This document shows, in pieces, positions 52,353 to 62,368 of a DNA stretch of 64,000 bases. Source of the DNA: a virus (taxonomy: Duplodnaviria > Heunggongvirae > Uroviricota > Caudoviricetes); the IMG/VR virus record IMGVR_UViG_3300022916_000894. One strand, written 5' to 3'. The notes under the pieces are model-generated. The model did no database searches. It was not told the origin of the DNA and was given only the letters and a program-made list of their open reading frames with translations. Numbering within the stretch: position 1 is the first letter of the stretch; each line of letters begins with the position of its first letter. The position numbers and the translations under genes are program-made.

Positions 52353-53507
52353 ATGAACAAAAAGGTATTTGTCAGCGGATGTTTCGATCTATTTCATAGC
52401 GGCCACCTTTCTTTCTTTGAGGAAGCCTCAAAATATGGTGATCTAATTGTAGCCATAGGTTCAGATAAAACAATTGAAGAATTAAAAGGAAGACGACCTG
52501 TAGTTGATGAAAAAGAGCGTCTTTATCTAATCAAAGCAATTCGTTACGTTTCGGATGCATTCATTTCTTCTGGTTCAGGAGTGTTAGATTTCGATAAAGA
52601 AATTAGAGAAATTAAACCTGACATATTCATAACCAATGAAGATGGAAACTATAAAGAAAAAGAAAACCTTTGTGGAGCGTTGGGCATCCAATATAAAATT
52701 TTGCGGCGAAAACCACATGAGGGGCTTACCCCTCGTAGCAGTACAGCGATCAAACAGCATAGCAATATTCCATATAGAATTGATTTGGCTGGTTCATGGC
52801 TTGATCAACCATATGTGTCTAAATATCATCCTGGCAATGTGTTAACGATCAGCATTGAACCAACGATTGAATTTAACGACAGAAGTGGTATGGCATCAAG
52901 CACGAGACAGAAAGCAATTGAATTGTGGCAGAATGATATTCCATCTGGCAATTTTGAGAAATTAGCAAAAACATTGTTTTGTTTTGATAACCCACCGGGG
53001 ACTACTTGCGTTTCTGGTGCCCAAGACTCCATGGGGATTGTGATGCCGGGACTGAATAAGGCTTATTATGATAATCATTATTGGCCCACAGATATTGTTA
53101 GTATAACAAATGGTCCGACATTGGATTGGCTGGAAGAATGCATTTATTTGGTTCCATTGTTTCCTAGACACAATGATTATGATGTATTAAGCGATACTTA
53201 TTTGGATGTACACAATGCAAAAGCATTAGCATATGCGGCTGATGGTTGTTGGGATGCTATATTGTCTCAGGATATAAAAAAATTCGGAGCATTCTTCAAG
53301 AAATCATTTGAGGCACAAATAGCACTATTCCCAAGAATGGTGGATAGTGCTATAATGCAAAGAATTCACGAGTTTGCAGACACCGCCCTTGGATGGAAGG
53401 TGTCTGGTGCGGGAGGGGGAGGGTATTTGATTTTGATCTCCGAAGCGGAAGTTAAGTCAGCCATCCGGATAAAGATACGTCGTAAGTCACATTACGAATT
53501 ATCATAA
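52353..53507 (+). CDS. Bifunctional nucleotidyltransferase (HxGH cytidylyl/adenylyl-transferase fold) fused to a GHMP-family sugar kinase
   Basis: The N-terminus reads GCFDLFHSGH (compare HldE domain II). The C-terminus carries GHMP motifs RSGMASSTR and VSGAGGGGYLIL. Confidence 0.6.
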   Translation: MNKKVFVSGCFDLFHSGHLSFFEEASKYGDLIVAIGSDKTIEELKGRRPVVDEKERLYLIKAIRYVSDAFISSGSGVLDFDKEIREIKPDIFITNEDGNYKEKENLCGALGIQYKILRRKPHEGLTPRSSTAIKQHSNIPYRIDLAGSWLDQPYVSKYHPGNVLTISIEPTIEFNDRSGMASSTRQKAIELWQNDIPSGNFEKLAKTLFCFDNPPGTTCVSGAQDSMGIVMPGLNKAYYDNHYWPTDIVSITNGPTLDWLEECIYLVPLFPRHNDYDVLSDTYLDVHNAKALAYAADGCWDAILSQDIKKFGAFFKKSFEAQIALFPRMVDSAIMQRIHEFADTALGWKVSGAGGGGYLILISEAEVKSAIRIKIRRKSHYELS

Positions 53508-54112
53508 TGAAATTTCTCTAGTTCTTCATAGTAAACCCAAAAAGAGAAAACATTATGGTCTTCCGGATGTTTTGTAGGCAAATAATTAAACATTATTTTC
53601 GTACTATCCAGATAAGACGCCTGTATCCTTGAACCTGCTGGCAAAATAACTTCTTGTTTGTCACTGCTAAAAACACCCTCCCCAATCCCATCATTCAGAA
53701 AATAGTCACAAAATTGACCATTGATGTGATCGATATCGACATGAAATGTCCAATTCTCGGACAAAACATATATAACTTCTTGTTTAGGAATATTAAACTG
53801 CATTGTTATAAACTAGATTCTCACTTTCTGTATCCAAAGATACCCACGGGTATTCTACAACTTCATAGTCTTTATTCTTGAAATTGCCATCTGCCGCGTG
53901 GAAGATAGCAAAATCTTTGCCATCTTCAAGACCTTTGGTTTCCAATTCTTTTACTTCCTTTTTGACATCTGCCCAATTTACATAATTAATGCCCACTATA
54001 TTTTCATCAGCATCACAAGTAAGAACAGGTGATCCTTTTGTTTCAATGGATTTGAACGATGCCAATTTCACTACAACTGTGTAAAACGCATGACTGATCA
54101 TTATAAATCTCC

Positions 54113-54529
54113 TTATGCAAACGCAGACATTTCTTTCTGCATCTTTTTCAAGTCCTTGACAATCTGTTGCCATGTTTCTTTTGTATACTGTTTTCCACCC
54201 CAAGGCCATGCTCTATCATCTAAATATACAGTAGCAATAGGCTTATGCGACGTATTGGGAGGATTGTGATCTGTAGAATTCAATGCATTATATGGAATCT
54301 TTTTATCTTTGAGCCATTCCACCAATGCTGGTGAAGCAAACCGTGTGGTGAAAATAACGATATGCCAATTTGCATCTTGCAATTCTTGTAATGCTTCGCC
54401 TGCTCCATCAACGGCTTCATCGAAAACATCAACCCCTCGAAATCCCTTGGTGTAATCCATAATAACGCCATCGAAATCAACTACTACAACTGGTTTGCCT
54501 AATTTTTTCCATGCACTACTTTGTTTCAT
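54113..54529 (-). CDS. HAD-like phosphatase
   Basis: VVVDFDGVIMD is a DxDGV motif. Confidence 0.4.
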   Translation of the reverse strand: MKQSSAWKKLGKPVVVVDFDGVIMDYTKGFRGVDVFDEAVDGAGEALQELQDANWHIVIFTTRFASPALVEWLKDKKIPYNALNSTDHNPPNTSHKPIATVYLDDRAWPWGGKQYTKETWQQIVKDLKKMQKEMSAFA

Positions 54530-54589
54530 AATAATAACTCTTCATAATAATAACTCCTTGTTAAGTTTACTCTGTTTACTGTCACCGCT

Positions 54590-55498
54590 TTAAAAATCTG
54601 TGCCATCGCCGACATCGATTACTGGTAATCTATTCGACCTCCACATATCCAAAACACATTTCCTATCGTCCACGATCATCTCAATTTTGTCTTTTGGCAA
54701 GAATTTATCGAGGATTTCTTGTTTGACAATATAATCAGGTCTAAAATCACCAGCTTTCCTCATATACAGAGCCTTATATGGTATGTTATGTTTTTTAAGC
54801 CATTTCTCTGTTTTAGTGCGGTAATTTGAAGGACGCCCTGTTACTATAATAGTTATGTGATCTTTATAGCAATCTGTAATTAGACTGGCAACCCCTTCTC
54901 TAAGAGGGTCTTTACTCATTCCGTCGAAAAATCCAGCCCAATCTTTTCGAACTCCACCATTAATGAAATGCAATCTATGTTCAACATCAGCAAGTGTACC
55001 GTCTAAGTCATAAATGACAATTTTCTTATCATCAGGACAGTCAAAAGCCTTCTGGTCGTCTGCTTTGTTATTACCAATATGATGAACAGAAGCGAATTTT
55101 CGGATAACTTCTTCACCAACAGTAATATCACGCAGAGCATCACGCTTGATGCATTCCTCTACATCAGTATCAATGGTAATAATTTGGAATTTGTGATTGC
55201 CTTGCAATGCTACATCTTCCCATCTTCGGACGGTGTTCTGATTTAAATTAGTATCATCTATAATAACCGTTTTATGTTTGGCAAGTAAAGTTCTCACAAG
55301 TTCAAGTTGTGCCTTTTTAACAATATTTTCTCTCTTATTTGACCATTCCGAATGATCACTTTTTGAGATGAAGAAAAGCATATCTCTAAGCGCATCTTTA
55401 TTGACTCGTACAGCGTTATGGTCTTGCTGTACAATTTCTTTCGCCTTGGTCGATTTGCCAGAACCTGGCAGACCACGTAATACAATCAGCTTACTCAT
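54590..55498 (-). CDS. pnk: Polynucleotide kinase-phosphatase (T4 Pnk-like)
   Basis: An N-terminal P-loop kinase reads GLPGSGKST...IIDDTNL. A C-terminal HAD phosphatase reads IYDLDGTLAD...VTGRP...VDDRKCVLDMWR. It is collinear with T4 Pnk motifs. Confidence 0.8.
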   Translation of the reverse strand: MSKLIVLRGLPGSGKSTKAKEIVQQDHNAVRVNKDALRDMLFFISKSDHSEWSNKRENIVKKAQLELVRTLLAKHKTVIIDDTNLNQNTVRRWEDVALQGNHKFQIITIDTDVEECIKRDALRDITVGEEVIRKFASVHHIGNNKADDQKAFDCPDDKKIVIYDLDGTLADVEHRLHFINGGVRKDWAGFFDGMSKDPLREGVASLITDCYKDHITIIVTGRPSNYRTKTEKWLKKHNIPYKALYMRKAGDFRPDYIVKQEILDKFLPKDKIEMIVDDRKCVLDMWRSNRLPVIDVGDGTDF

Positions 55499-56056
55499 TA
55501 TCTTTCCTTACTTCGTCTTTTTGCTGCACGACGCTTATGAGAACCTATTTTGCGTCTACGACGACTTTTACTATGCTTTTTCTTTCTTGACATTATTTAC
55601 CTTTCTTAAACGAAATCCATCTGCCTTTTTCGTCTCTAGGCCAATCACGCGACTCTCTACTTAACATACTTCTATATTCTTTTGTACATCTTAATGGATT
55701 AGTCCACATCCACGGTAACTGTTCTTCTGGTGTAGTTATTTCTAGTCCCTGTGATGAAACTTCTACAGGTAGATTTATCATGCCTCTGCGAACCAGCCAA
55801 ACACGAACCGTTTTTTCCCAAGTGAGATAAGCAGGCTCATATTCTCCGTAGTCAGTCATCGAATCATAACTGGGGCTATATGATGTCTCAGGGGGATAAT
55901 ATTGTCCTAACATTCTCGTAGCGACACCAACCACTTGCCCTTTCCACGGCTCATCATAGGGTGCTTCTCGTGTTTTACGCATCCTATCTTTGTCGTAATA
56001 GAACTCAACACGAGACTTCACTTCTACCCAATCACCTATTTGATACATCGTGTCCA

Positions 56057-56620
56057 TTATATCTCCTTACCGCAATGAGGACACATCTGCGGATTAACTT
56101 TAATACGTTTTCTTGGTGGAGAAGGAGGAATGATCTCTTGAGAAGCGGAAGCTTTTGGCTGGTAACCCTCTGTAAGTGGCTTTTCATTAATGCCGGGTTT
56201 ATATCCGCCTACTTTAACCGCTTTTTCAGTATTTCCCTCTTTACGTTCTTTTTCCTTCTTTTTCCACAAAAATATTACTTCATCTACGATATCTTCTGCT
56301 CTTTTTCGAAGTTCCCTAAATTTTTCTTTTGTATTGTGGAATCTCAACCTAAGAACAATATATTTGACAAAGCTTTCTCTATCATTACAAAAACATTTTT
56401 CTCCAATAGAAATTTCTCCTTGGTCTGTTGATATCAAAACATTTTCGTCAAGGCACTCACCATCCATTTTTTCCGTGATAACGATTTCTTTACCTATAAA
56501 ATCATCCATCGACGGAAGCAGACGATCATCATTCTGAAGATTCTCACTCCAAAGGAAATGAAAAGTTCGTGGATATTTGTAGTATTTCTGCGTCATGATA
56601 TATCTCCTGCGTCTATTCAT
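56057..56620 (-). CDS. RNA-ligase-like nucleotidyltransferase N-terminal fragment (KxDG motif I) followed by intein block-A-like sequence and a Zn-ribbon tail
   Basis: KYPRTFHF...ITEKMDGE|CLDENVLISTDQGEISIGEK. The rest of an RNA ligase is absent downstream. Confidence 0.4.
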   Translation of the reverse strand: MNRRRRYIMTQKYYKYPRTFHFLWSENLQNDDRLLPSMDDFIGKEIVITEKMDGECLDENVLISTDQGEISIGEKCFCNDRESFVKYIVLRLRFHNTKEKFRELRKRAEDIVDEVIFLWKKKEKERKEGNTEKAVKVGGYKPGINEKPLTEGYQPKASASQEIIPPSPPRKRIKVNPQMCPHCGKEI

Positions 56621-56636
56621 TATAGAAGGTTAGAGA

Positions 56637-59600
56637 CTATTCGACTGGTTGTTCTTGAGGAATTTCTGAAATGTTTTCTTTGGTTTCTGGTTCGATATGA
56701 TAATCGCTATTTTCATTCATTTCTTGACGCTTTCCCAAAAATGCTTGCATTAATTGCTGGATGGTTTCTTGCTGTTTAGGACTCAATGCATATTTCTGAG
56801 ACATTTGAGCCATTTGAGAACCCTTAGACACAGCCTGTCTTAGAGTAAATTCATCGGCAAAATACGATGATACATTTTGTAATCTTTCTGGTGCGACATA
56901 TCCTTTTTCTGCCTCTAATAAAAGTCTTGCTATTTCATTAGGTAGATTCTGAGCATACTTATACCAATGGTTAGCAGAAGCTTTAGGTTCTACCCGCTCT
57001 ATAAATGGAACAATATCTTTTGGAATAAGAGCATTTCTTCCATAAGCATCATAACGCCTTTGATAAAAAGGAATTATTATATCTTTTTTTACTTTTTCTG
57101 GAACAGCATTTCTAACTATATCAGGCATCTTGGCGTAATATTCGGTGTAAGTTCTATATTCATAAAAAGCTTTTGCAAGTGCTTCACCCAAATCCGGCAG
57201 TCGCTCTTTTAATAAATGTTCATAAACATATGGCGGTATCATTCCCCTAAGAGGTTCATGCATCCAGCTAGTCTGTAAAATAATATACGGCCTCATTGTT
57301 ACTACTCTTAAAGAAGATGCGACCACATCGTTATAGAATTGCCCCTTTTCTTCAAAAAGTTGTTTTTGGACTTCAAGAGGACACTGAGTAAAAGCGTGTG
57401 TAATATTGCTGGTTGAATTTCTCCAATATTCTTTAATTCTTTCCATAGTTTCAGGCGTAATAACTTCCTTATGTGCTGCTGAAAGAGATTTATATGAATA
57501 TGGGTCTGCTGCCAATTCGCTGTTTATGGCAAAATGTAACAATTCTATAACTTCTTTAGGTACTTTTTCTTTAACTTTATCAGGTATATCACGATAATCA
57601 CGTTTGATATAACGCACAAAATTACTTATATTCTGATCCCCCTCTAATGCTTTCATTAAAGAATCTTTATGCCTCAAAACCGTTTCGGAAAATGAATCAA
57701 TCAAAACATCTTCTGGAACATATTCTCTATAATGATCTGGTATTTTGTTATAACTACTTGGATTCTTTTTGAAGAAATGTGTATACATTTTTCCTATAAA
57801 CTCTTTTGGGAAAAATTTCTCCATCATTTCTAAAGCGCTAACACTTTGGTTGCGGAAAATAGAGAAAATATTGATTTTGAAATATCGATAAACTGCTCTA
57901 CGAAGCCATCCTTGATCAATCATGGGTTGTAGTTTTTGTGGCACTTGAAGATAAATTCCAGGATTATATTTTATCATATCTTTATATCCACTAACAACCT
58001 CGTCAATTGGTATTTGTGATTTAATATGTTCTGGTATCGAGGCTTCTACATATCGAACAGCATAATCCCTAACGAATTTTGTCCATGCTTCTACAATTTT
58101 TTCGAATGGTATATATTGTTCTAAATCTTCTGGAATCAAAGGAGCAGTACCAGTGGTGCTATAAGTTTTTTCAATTTGTGTCTTTATCAATTCGTCAGCA
58201 ATGACTTTTCTCTCTTGATCTCCCATCATATCAATCCATTGTTGTTGAGCATGTTCCCAAACTGTTGGGTCTTTAAGAAATAAACGTAATACTATATTTC
58301 TCAGTTTTCTGGAATCAACTATATTCATAACATTTTCTGGAATATGAAATTCTAAAGCATATACCCCAGAGTCTTTAAAAAGTCTGTAAATGGCATTTAC
58401 CCACTCTTTTTTGCTAATTTTTGCTGCAATTTCTTTAGGTACATCGCAAATCGAAGAAGGATCATCTACTGTCAGACAATATGCATAAACATCCTTTATG
58501 CCTTCTATAATTATATCAGATAATCTTTCCCGCATATCTACAGGCATTCTTCTATACCGATAAATCACTTCTGACTTATAATCATCTAATCTGCTTAGTG
58601 TGCGTGTATCAACAGGCAGATTTTGTTTTTCCTTTTCTCTTTTGTCTTTAAGAGTGGTTCTAAAATTCTGTATATCTAATGCGAGTGGATTTGTCCATCC
58701 CTTGATGGCAGCTTCTAATAATACTGGAAAATTCTTTTTGTTTTCTGCACTTAATTTTTCATAAGTGAGAGGTTTAGATTCAATAGTGTCGATCAAATTT
58801 ACAAATCCTGTTTCATCCATCTCTCTTAAATCTTGGTTGAACCCATAAGTCTCTAATAATTTTTTATAGGAGATATTATGCTGATATTCAAAATTGCTTT
58901 TGTGCAAAAACGAAATAACTTCTTCCCAATAGTCTTTAGGAATTTGATTGTTTTTACCTCGAATTTCTATCACAGAATTGTTCCCGGTCAATCTAATTGC
59001 TACTTTAGCTGTTCCGTCCACCATATATAACCAAAAATCGCCTTCTGATAGATAACTATTTGCAACATTTCTTGCGGTACACCAGTTATTTTCCCTACTT
59101 AAAGATTTAAGAATTTCTAAGTTATATTCAAAATGATCAGGATCATTTGTTTTGCTTTTAACGCGTAACCATCCAGTCATTGACTCTTCAAAGCCTATAT
59201 GATCTAAAAATTCTTTTTTCCTCAATGTGGCATTTTTCAAATCCTTCATATAAATTTTGAATGTATTCATTTGAGGATTTTGAATTAATTCTTTATAAGT
59301 ACGATTGACAACCTCTGCATCCACTTCTGGAGGCGGGGCTTTTTTGTTCGGACCAGAAGAATCAAAAATTGGCTTTAACATCAAAAATGCGAATGCAGGG
59401 TTACTCCACTTATGAGTCATCAAGTCCCACCATAACTGGAAAACTCTAAGTTTTTCTTTATTGATCTCAATCGTTTCTTCACTTTCAGGATCAACTTGAT
59501 AATAATTACTTCCCTTTAGAGCAATTGACTCAGGCCCAAATCTAATTTTGTTAAATAATGCTGTAAGAGGTTTAGAATTAATTGCTTTATTAATGTGAAA

Positions 59601-59768
59601 TTCTGCATCTTTATCCGTTAGAGCAAGATGAGAATCAATCATATTCCAATCGATAAGATTCTCATACTTATGGATGAAAGCGATAATAGCGGAGTCTATA
59701 ATACGGTACTTCTGTATTTTTTCTTTAGCACCAGCTATCTTAATATTTTTTGATTTATACCAATTCAT
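56637..59768 (-). CDS. Large (1043 aa) hypothetical protein with an MNWYK N-terminus
   Basis: ORF only. Confidence 0.35.
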   Translation of the reverse strand: MNWYKSKNIKIAGAKEKIQKYRIIDSAIIAFIHKYENLIDWNMIDSHLALTDKDAEFHINKAINSKPLTALFNKIRFGPESIALKGSNYYQVDPESEETIEINKEKLRVFQLWWDLMTHKWSNPAFAFLMLKPIFDSSGPNKKAPPPEVDAEVVNRTYKELIQNPQMNTFKIYMKDLKNATLRKKEFLDHIGFEESMTGWLRVKSKTNDPDHFEYNLEILKSLSRENNWCTARNVANSYLSEGDFWLYMVDGTAKVAIRLTGNNSVIEIRGKNNQIPKDYWEEVISFLHKSNFEYQHNISYKKLLETYGFNQDLREMDETGFVNLIDTIESKPLTYEKLSAENKKNFPVLLEAAIKGWTNPLALDIQNFRTTLKDKREKEKQNLPVDTRTLSRLDDYKSEVIYRYRRMPVDMRERLSDIIIEGIKDVYAYCLTVDDPSSICDVPKEIAAKISKKEWVNAIYRLFKDSGVYALEFHIPENVMNIVDSRKLRNIVLRLFLKDPTVWEHAQQQWIDMMGDQERKVIADELIKTQIEKTYSTTGTAPLIPEDLEQYIPFEKIVEAWTKFVRDYAVRYVEASIPEHIKSQIPIDEVVSGYKDMIKYNPGIYLQVPQKLQPMIDQGWLRRAVYRYFKINIFSIFRNQSVSALEMMEKFFPKEFIGKMYTHFFKKNPSSYNKIPDHYREYVPEDVLIDSFSETVLRHKDSLMKALEGDQNISNFVRYIKRDYRDIPDKVKEKVPKEVIELLHFAINSELAADPYSYKSLSAAHKEVITPETMERIKEYWRNSTSNITHAFTQCPLEVQKQLFEEKGQFYNDVVASSLRVVTMRPYIILQTSWMHEPLRGMIPPYVYEHLLKERLPDLGEALAKAFYEYRTYTEYYAKMPDIVRNAVPEKVKKDIIIPFYQRRYDAYGRNALIPKDIVPFIERVEPKASANHWYKYAQNLPNEIARLLLEAEKGYVAPERLQNVSSYFADEFTLRQAVSKGSQMAQMSQKYALSPKQQETIQQLMQAFLGKRQEMNENSDYHIEPETKENISEIPQEQPVE

Positions 59769-60694
59769 ACTTTAGCATTTTCAGTCACAAACGGGTCTTT
59801 CAATTTGTCCCTAGACTGATATCCTCCATATCGGCTTCTAAAAAAGGAAGCTCTTCTTATATAGTTCTTGGTTTTTTCTTCTATTTCCTTTTGTTTTTCT
59901 TCGTTCAGAGGACTAAAGTTCTTTGCAATAGCAACATTTTCTTCAAGTTGAGCCACATTATCATGACCTACAATCAAAGTGCTGACAGGTTGAGAAAGTG
60001 AATAAGCCAATGGTTCCCAAGAGGTTGTGATTCCTTTTGGATGGAATATGAAGCCTTGTGAAAATACTTTCATTCCAATAACACCAATGTTCTTGCTATT
60101 TGCAGCCTTAACAACAGTATCTATGAATGGAGGTTTCATATGGCAATCTGCTGCATTCACGGGGCATAATACGGTATCAAAATCATGGCGTTTATTCATC
60201 TCTATAAGTATCTTTGGGTCTTGATGACCAGTAAATCCACAATACTTAACTACACCCTGTTCTTTCATCTCTAACAGTGCTTGTAATGCTCCGTCCTTTG
60301 CTGTAACTTCGTTTACCTCTTCCATTGTGTCTAAATGGTGTATTTGCCACAAATCGACATGATCCGTTTTAAGCCTCTTCAGCGACTTCTCTATCTCTTT
60401 GAGTGATCCATCTCTATCTCTTTTATCTGTCTTTGTAGCCAAAAATATATCATTACGAATCCCATCTAGTGCTTTACCATAGAAATCTTCTGATGGGCCA
60501 TAGATAGGAGAAGTGTCAAAGTAATTAATGCCTAATTCGTAGGCTCTTCGTATGATGTCTATACAGTTATCATCATCGCCTTGAGTTTCAAGAGAGCCTT
60601 GACCACCTAAAGATATAATGCTTACCTTATAGCCAGTTTTGCCCAGTGATCGCTTGGGCATTATATCGCTTTGTGAGGTTTTGTACCAGTTCAT
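59765..60694 (-). CDS. Aldo/keto reductase family oxidoreductase with an MNWYK N-terminus
   Basis: GKTGYKVSIISLGG...INYFDTSPIYG is an AKR signature. Confidence 0.6.
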   Translation of the reverse strand: MNWYKTSQSDIMPKRSLGKTGYKVSIISLGGQGSLETQGDDDNCIDIIRRAYELGINYFDTSPIYGPSEDFYGKALDGIRNDIFLATKTDKRDRDGSLKEIEKSLKRLKTDHVDLWQIHHLDTMEEVNEVTAKDGALQALLEMKEQGVVKYCGFTGHQDPKILIEMNKRHDFDTVLCPVNAADCHMKPPFIDTVVKAANSKNIGVIGMKVFSQGFIFHPKGITTSWEPLAYSLSQPVSTLIVGHDNVAQLEENVAIAKNFSPLNEEKQKEIEEKTKNYIRRASFFRSRYGGYQSRDKLKDPFVTENAKV

Positions 60695-60696
60695 AT

Positions 60697-61425
60697 TTAA
60701 AATTCATATTTTAATAAGTCTTCTTGGTAATTAGACGGTATAACAACATCGCTAATCACATACATTAAATCTTCCCATAAAATGTGGTATCTTCCTTTGC
60801 GATATTTCTTTAATCTGTATTTGTAAAATTTGTTATGAGAGTCTACAACATGTACACCCTTATCATCATAGCCAACTATAACGACGGCATGTTCTTCGTC
60901 ATCTCCCTTAAATGCATCAGGTTTTCCCTTATCATTGTACTTTTCAAACCTCAAAAATACTGTCCATTTGAATGAAATAGATACAGGGATGCCTTTGTCA
61001 ATGCTTTTTCTAATATAATCACCAAATTTATAGTCAATAATAAGCTGATTATTGTATCCAGATTCTTCAAGAAATCTTACCATCGATTTAGCATTTTCTT
61101 TCATGTCTTTTCTGATTCTAGACATTTTTTTAAGATTCTTTATCAACGCTGATTTGGAAAGTTTGGCCCAACTATAATCTAAGTAGTCTATACATGAACT
61201 CACTACCGTTACGTCCTTAAAACCCAATAGATTGAATAATTGGGCTATTTCGCCAGTATACATCCCTTCTGACATTACTTCCTCACCGCCAACAAAATCT
61301 TCTGCTATAGTTTTTGTATTTTCATAATTCAGCTTAGAATTGTAATAATTAACTATCGAAGCTGAAGAGGCAACAGCACAGTACGATGGGTCTTGAAGAT
61401 AGCGTTTTAGTTTCAATTTGGCCAT
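60697..61425 (-). CDS. Papain-like (C39-like) cysteine peptidase
   Basis: A Cys in YCAVASSAS is paired with a His in HAVVIVGYD. Confidence 0.45.
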   Translation of the reverse strand: MAKLKLKRYLQDPSYCAVASSASIVNYYNSKLNYENTKTIAEDFVGGEEVMSEGMYTGEIAQLFNLLGFKDVTVVSSCIDYLDYSWAKLSKSALIKNLKKMSRIRKDMKENAKSMVRFLEESGYNNQLIIDYKFGDYIRKSIDKGIPVSISFKWTVFLRFEKYNDKGKPDAFKGDDEEHAVVIVGYDDKGVHVVDSHNKFYKYRLKKYRKGRYHILWEDLMYVISDVVIPSNYQEDLLKYEF

Positions 61426-61506
61426 AATATTTACCCCACATAATTAAGGGACTTACCTTATAATCTTACTATTTTACAGTTTTGATTTTTCCGGCTAATA
61501 TCCTTT

Positions 61507-62067
61507 TTAAGATAAATTATTCTTCATTTTCGATTGTTTTCGCAACGCCAGCTTGAAAATTAGATTAAATATTTTTGTTGCATTTTTCTTTTTCTTGAAA
61601 TGGGCTTTAATAATTGGATAAAAAACTCTTTCGATATGTTCTTTTCCTTTCCCTTTCTGCATTTCGTGAGCCATCCCGTAAGCGAATGCATCTATTTCTT
61701 CTGGATCAGTGAAATAAAAGTCTTTCTCTCGTTGTCTTGTTAACCAGTGCAATAACTCATGTACCACAAAATGTATACCATTTGCAAAGAAATTATCTTT
61801 TTCAAACAATTTTTCATTCAAAAAAATGAATTTGCCATTACTTTCAGCAAATTTTCCGTTTAATTTCTTAGCCATAAAAGTTAAACCGCCGTTATCCATT
61901 GCTTCAAAAGGAACTTCAAATTCTTTAAACATAAATTTAAAGAAAGAATCTTTACGTACTAATTCTTTTAGTTTACGATTCAACTGCTCTTTTGTAAACC
62001 CAATTTTAGCTGTTTTATACCACATCTTGTTCCTTTTCTTGATGTTCTCGCCAAAATCTATTGGCAT
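61507..62067 (-). CDS. HExxH zinc metallopeptidase-like protein
   Basis: VVHELLHWL. Confidence 0.45.
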   Translation of the reverse strand: MPIDFGENIKKRNKMWYKTAKIGFTKEQLNRKLKELVRKDSFFKFMFKEFEVPFEAMDNGGLTFMAKKLNGKFAESNGKFIFLNEKLFEKDNFFANGIHFVVHELLHWLTRQREKDFYFTDPEEIDAFAYGMAHEMQKGKGKEHIERVFYPIIKAHFKKKKNATKIFNLIFKLALRKQSKMKNNLS

Positions 62068-62368
62068 TTAATAACGCGGCACTCATATTTTCCATTCCAA
62101 CAGTATTCTGTGTATGTAAAGAAAACTTTATAGGCTGTATGCTATTATCATAAGCGGCTCTTTCAATCCAACTTGCTACATCATACCCGCTTCCATTACC
62201 TTCTCCCAAATCGTGATCGAAGGACATATGTGTTACTTTACCAGTTTTTAACACTTCAATAGCTTCAGATGCGGTTTTTACGTGAATATCGTATTCTGGC
62301 GGCATTTCTCTCAAGTCATCTAACCACACTTTATATTCACCATCAGCCTTTTTAAACCAATTCATCAT
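62015..62368 (-). CDS. Receiver-like domain protein (LDDL...DHDLGEG), paralog of 30449..30901, with an MMNWFK N-terminus
   Basis: The motifs are shared with the ORF at 30449..30901. Confidence 0.4.
   Translation of the reverse strand: MMNWFKKADGEYKVWLDDLREMPPEYDIHVKTASEAIEVLKTGKVTHMSFDHDLGEGNGSGYDVASWIERAAYDNSIQPIKFSLHTQNTVGMENMSAALLNANRFWREHQEKEQDVV

Noticed and set aside
55593-56057. ORF 55593..56057 as the C-terminal half of the RNA ligase
   Set aside because: No HN[CST] intein end near its N-terminus and no ligase motifs. It merely overlaps the upstream stop (ATGA)
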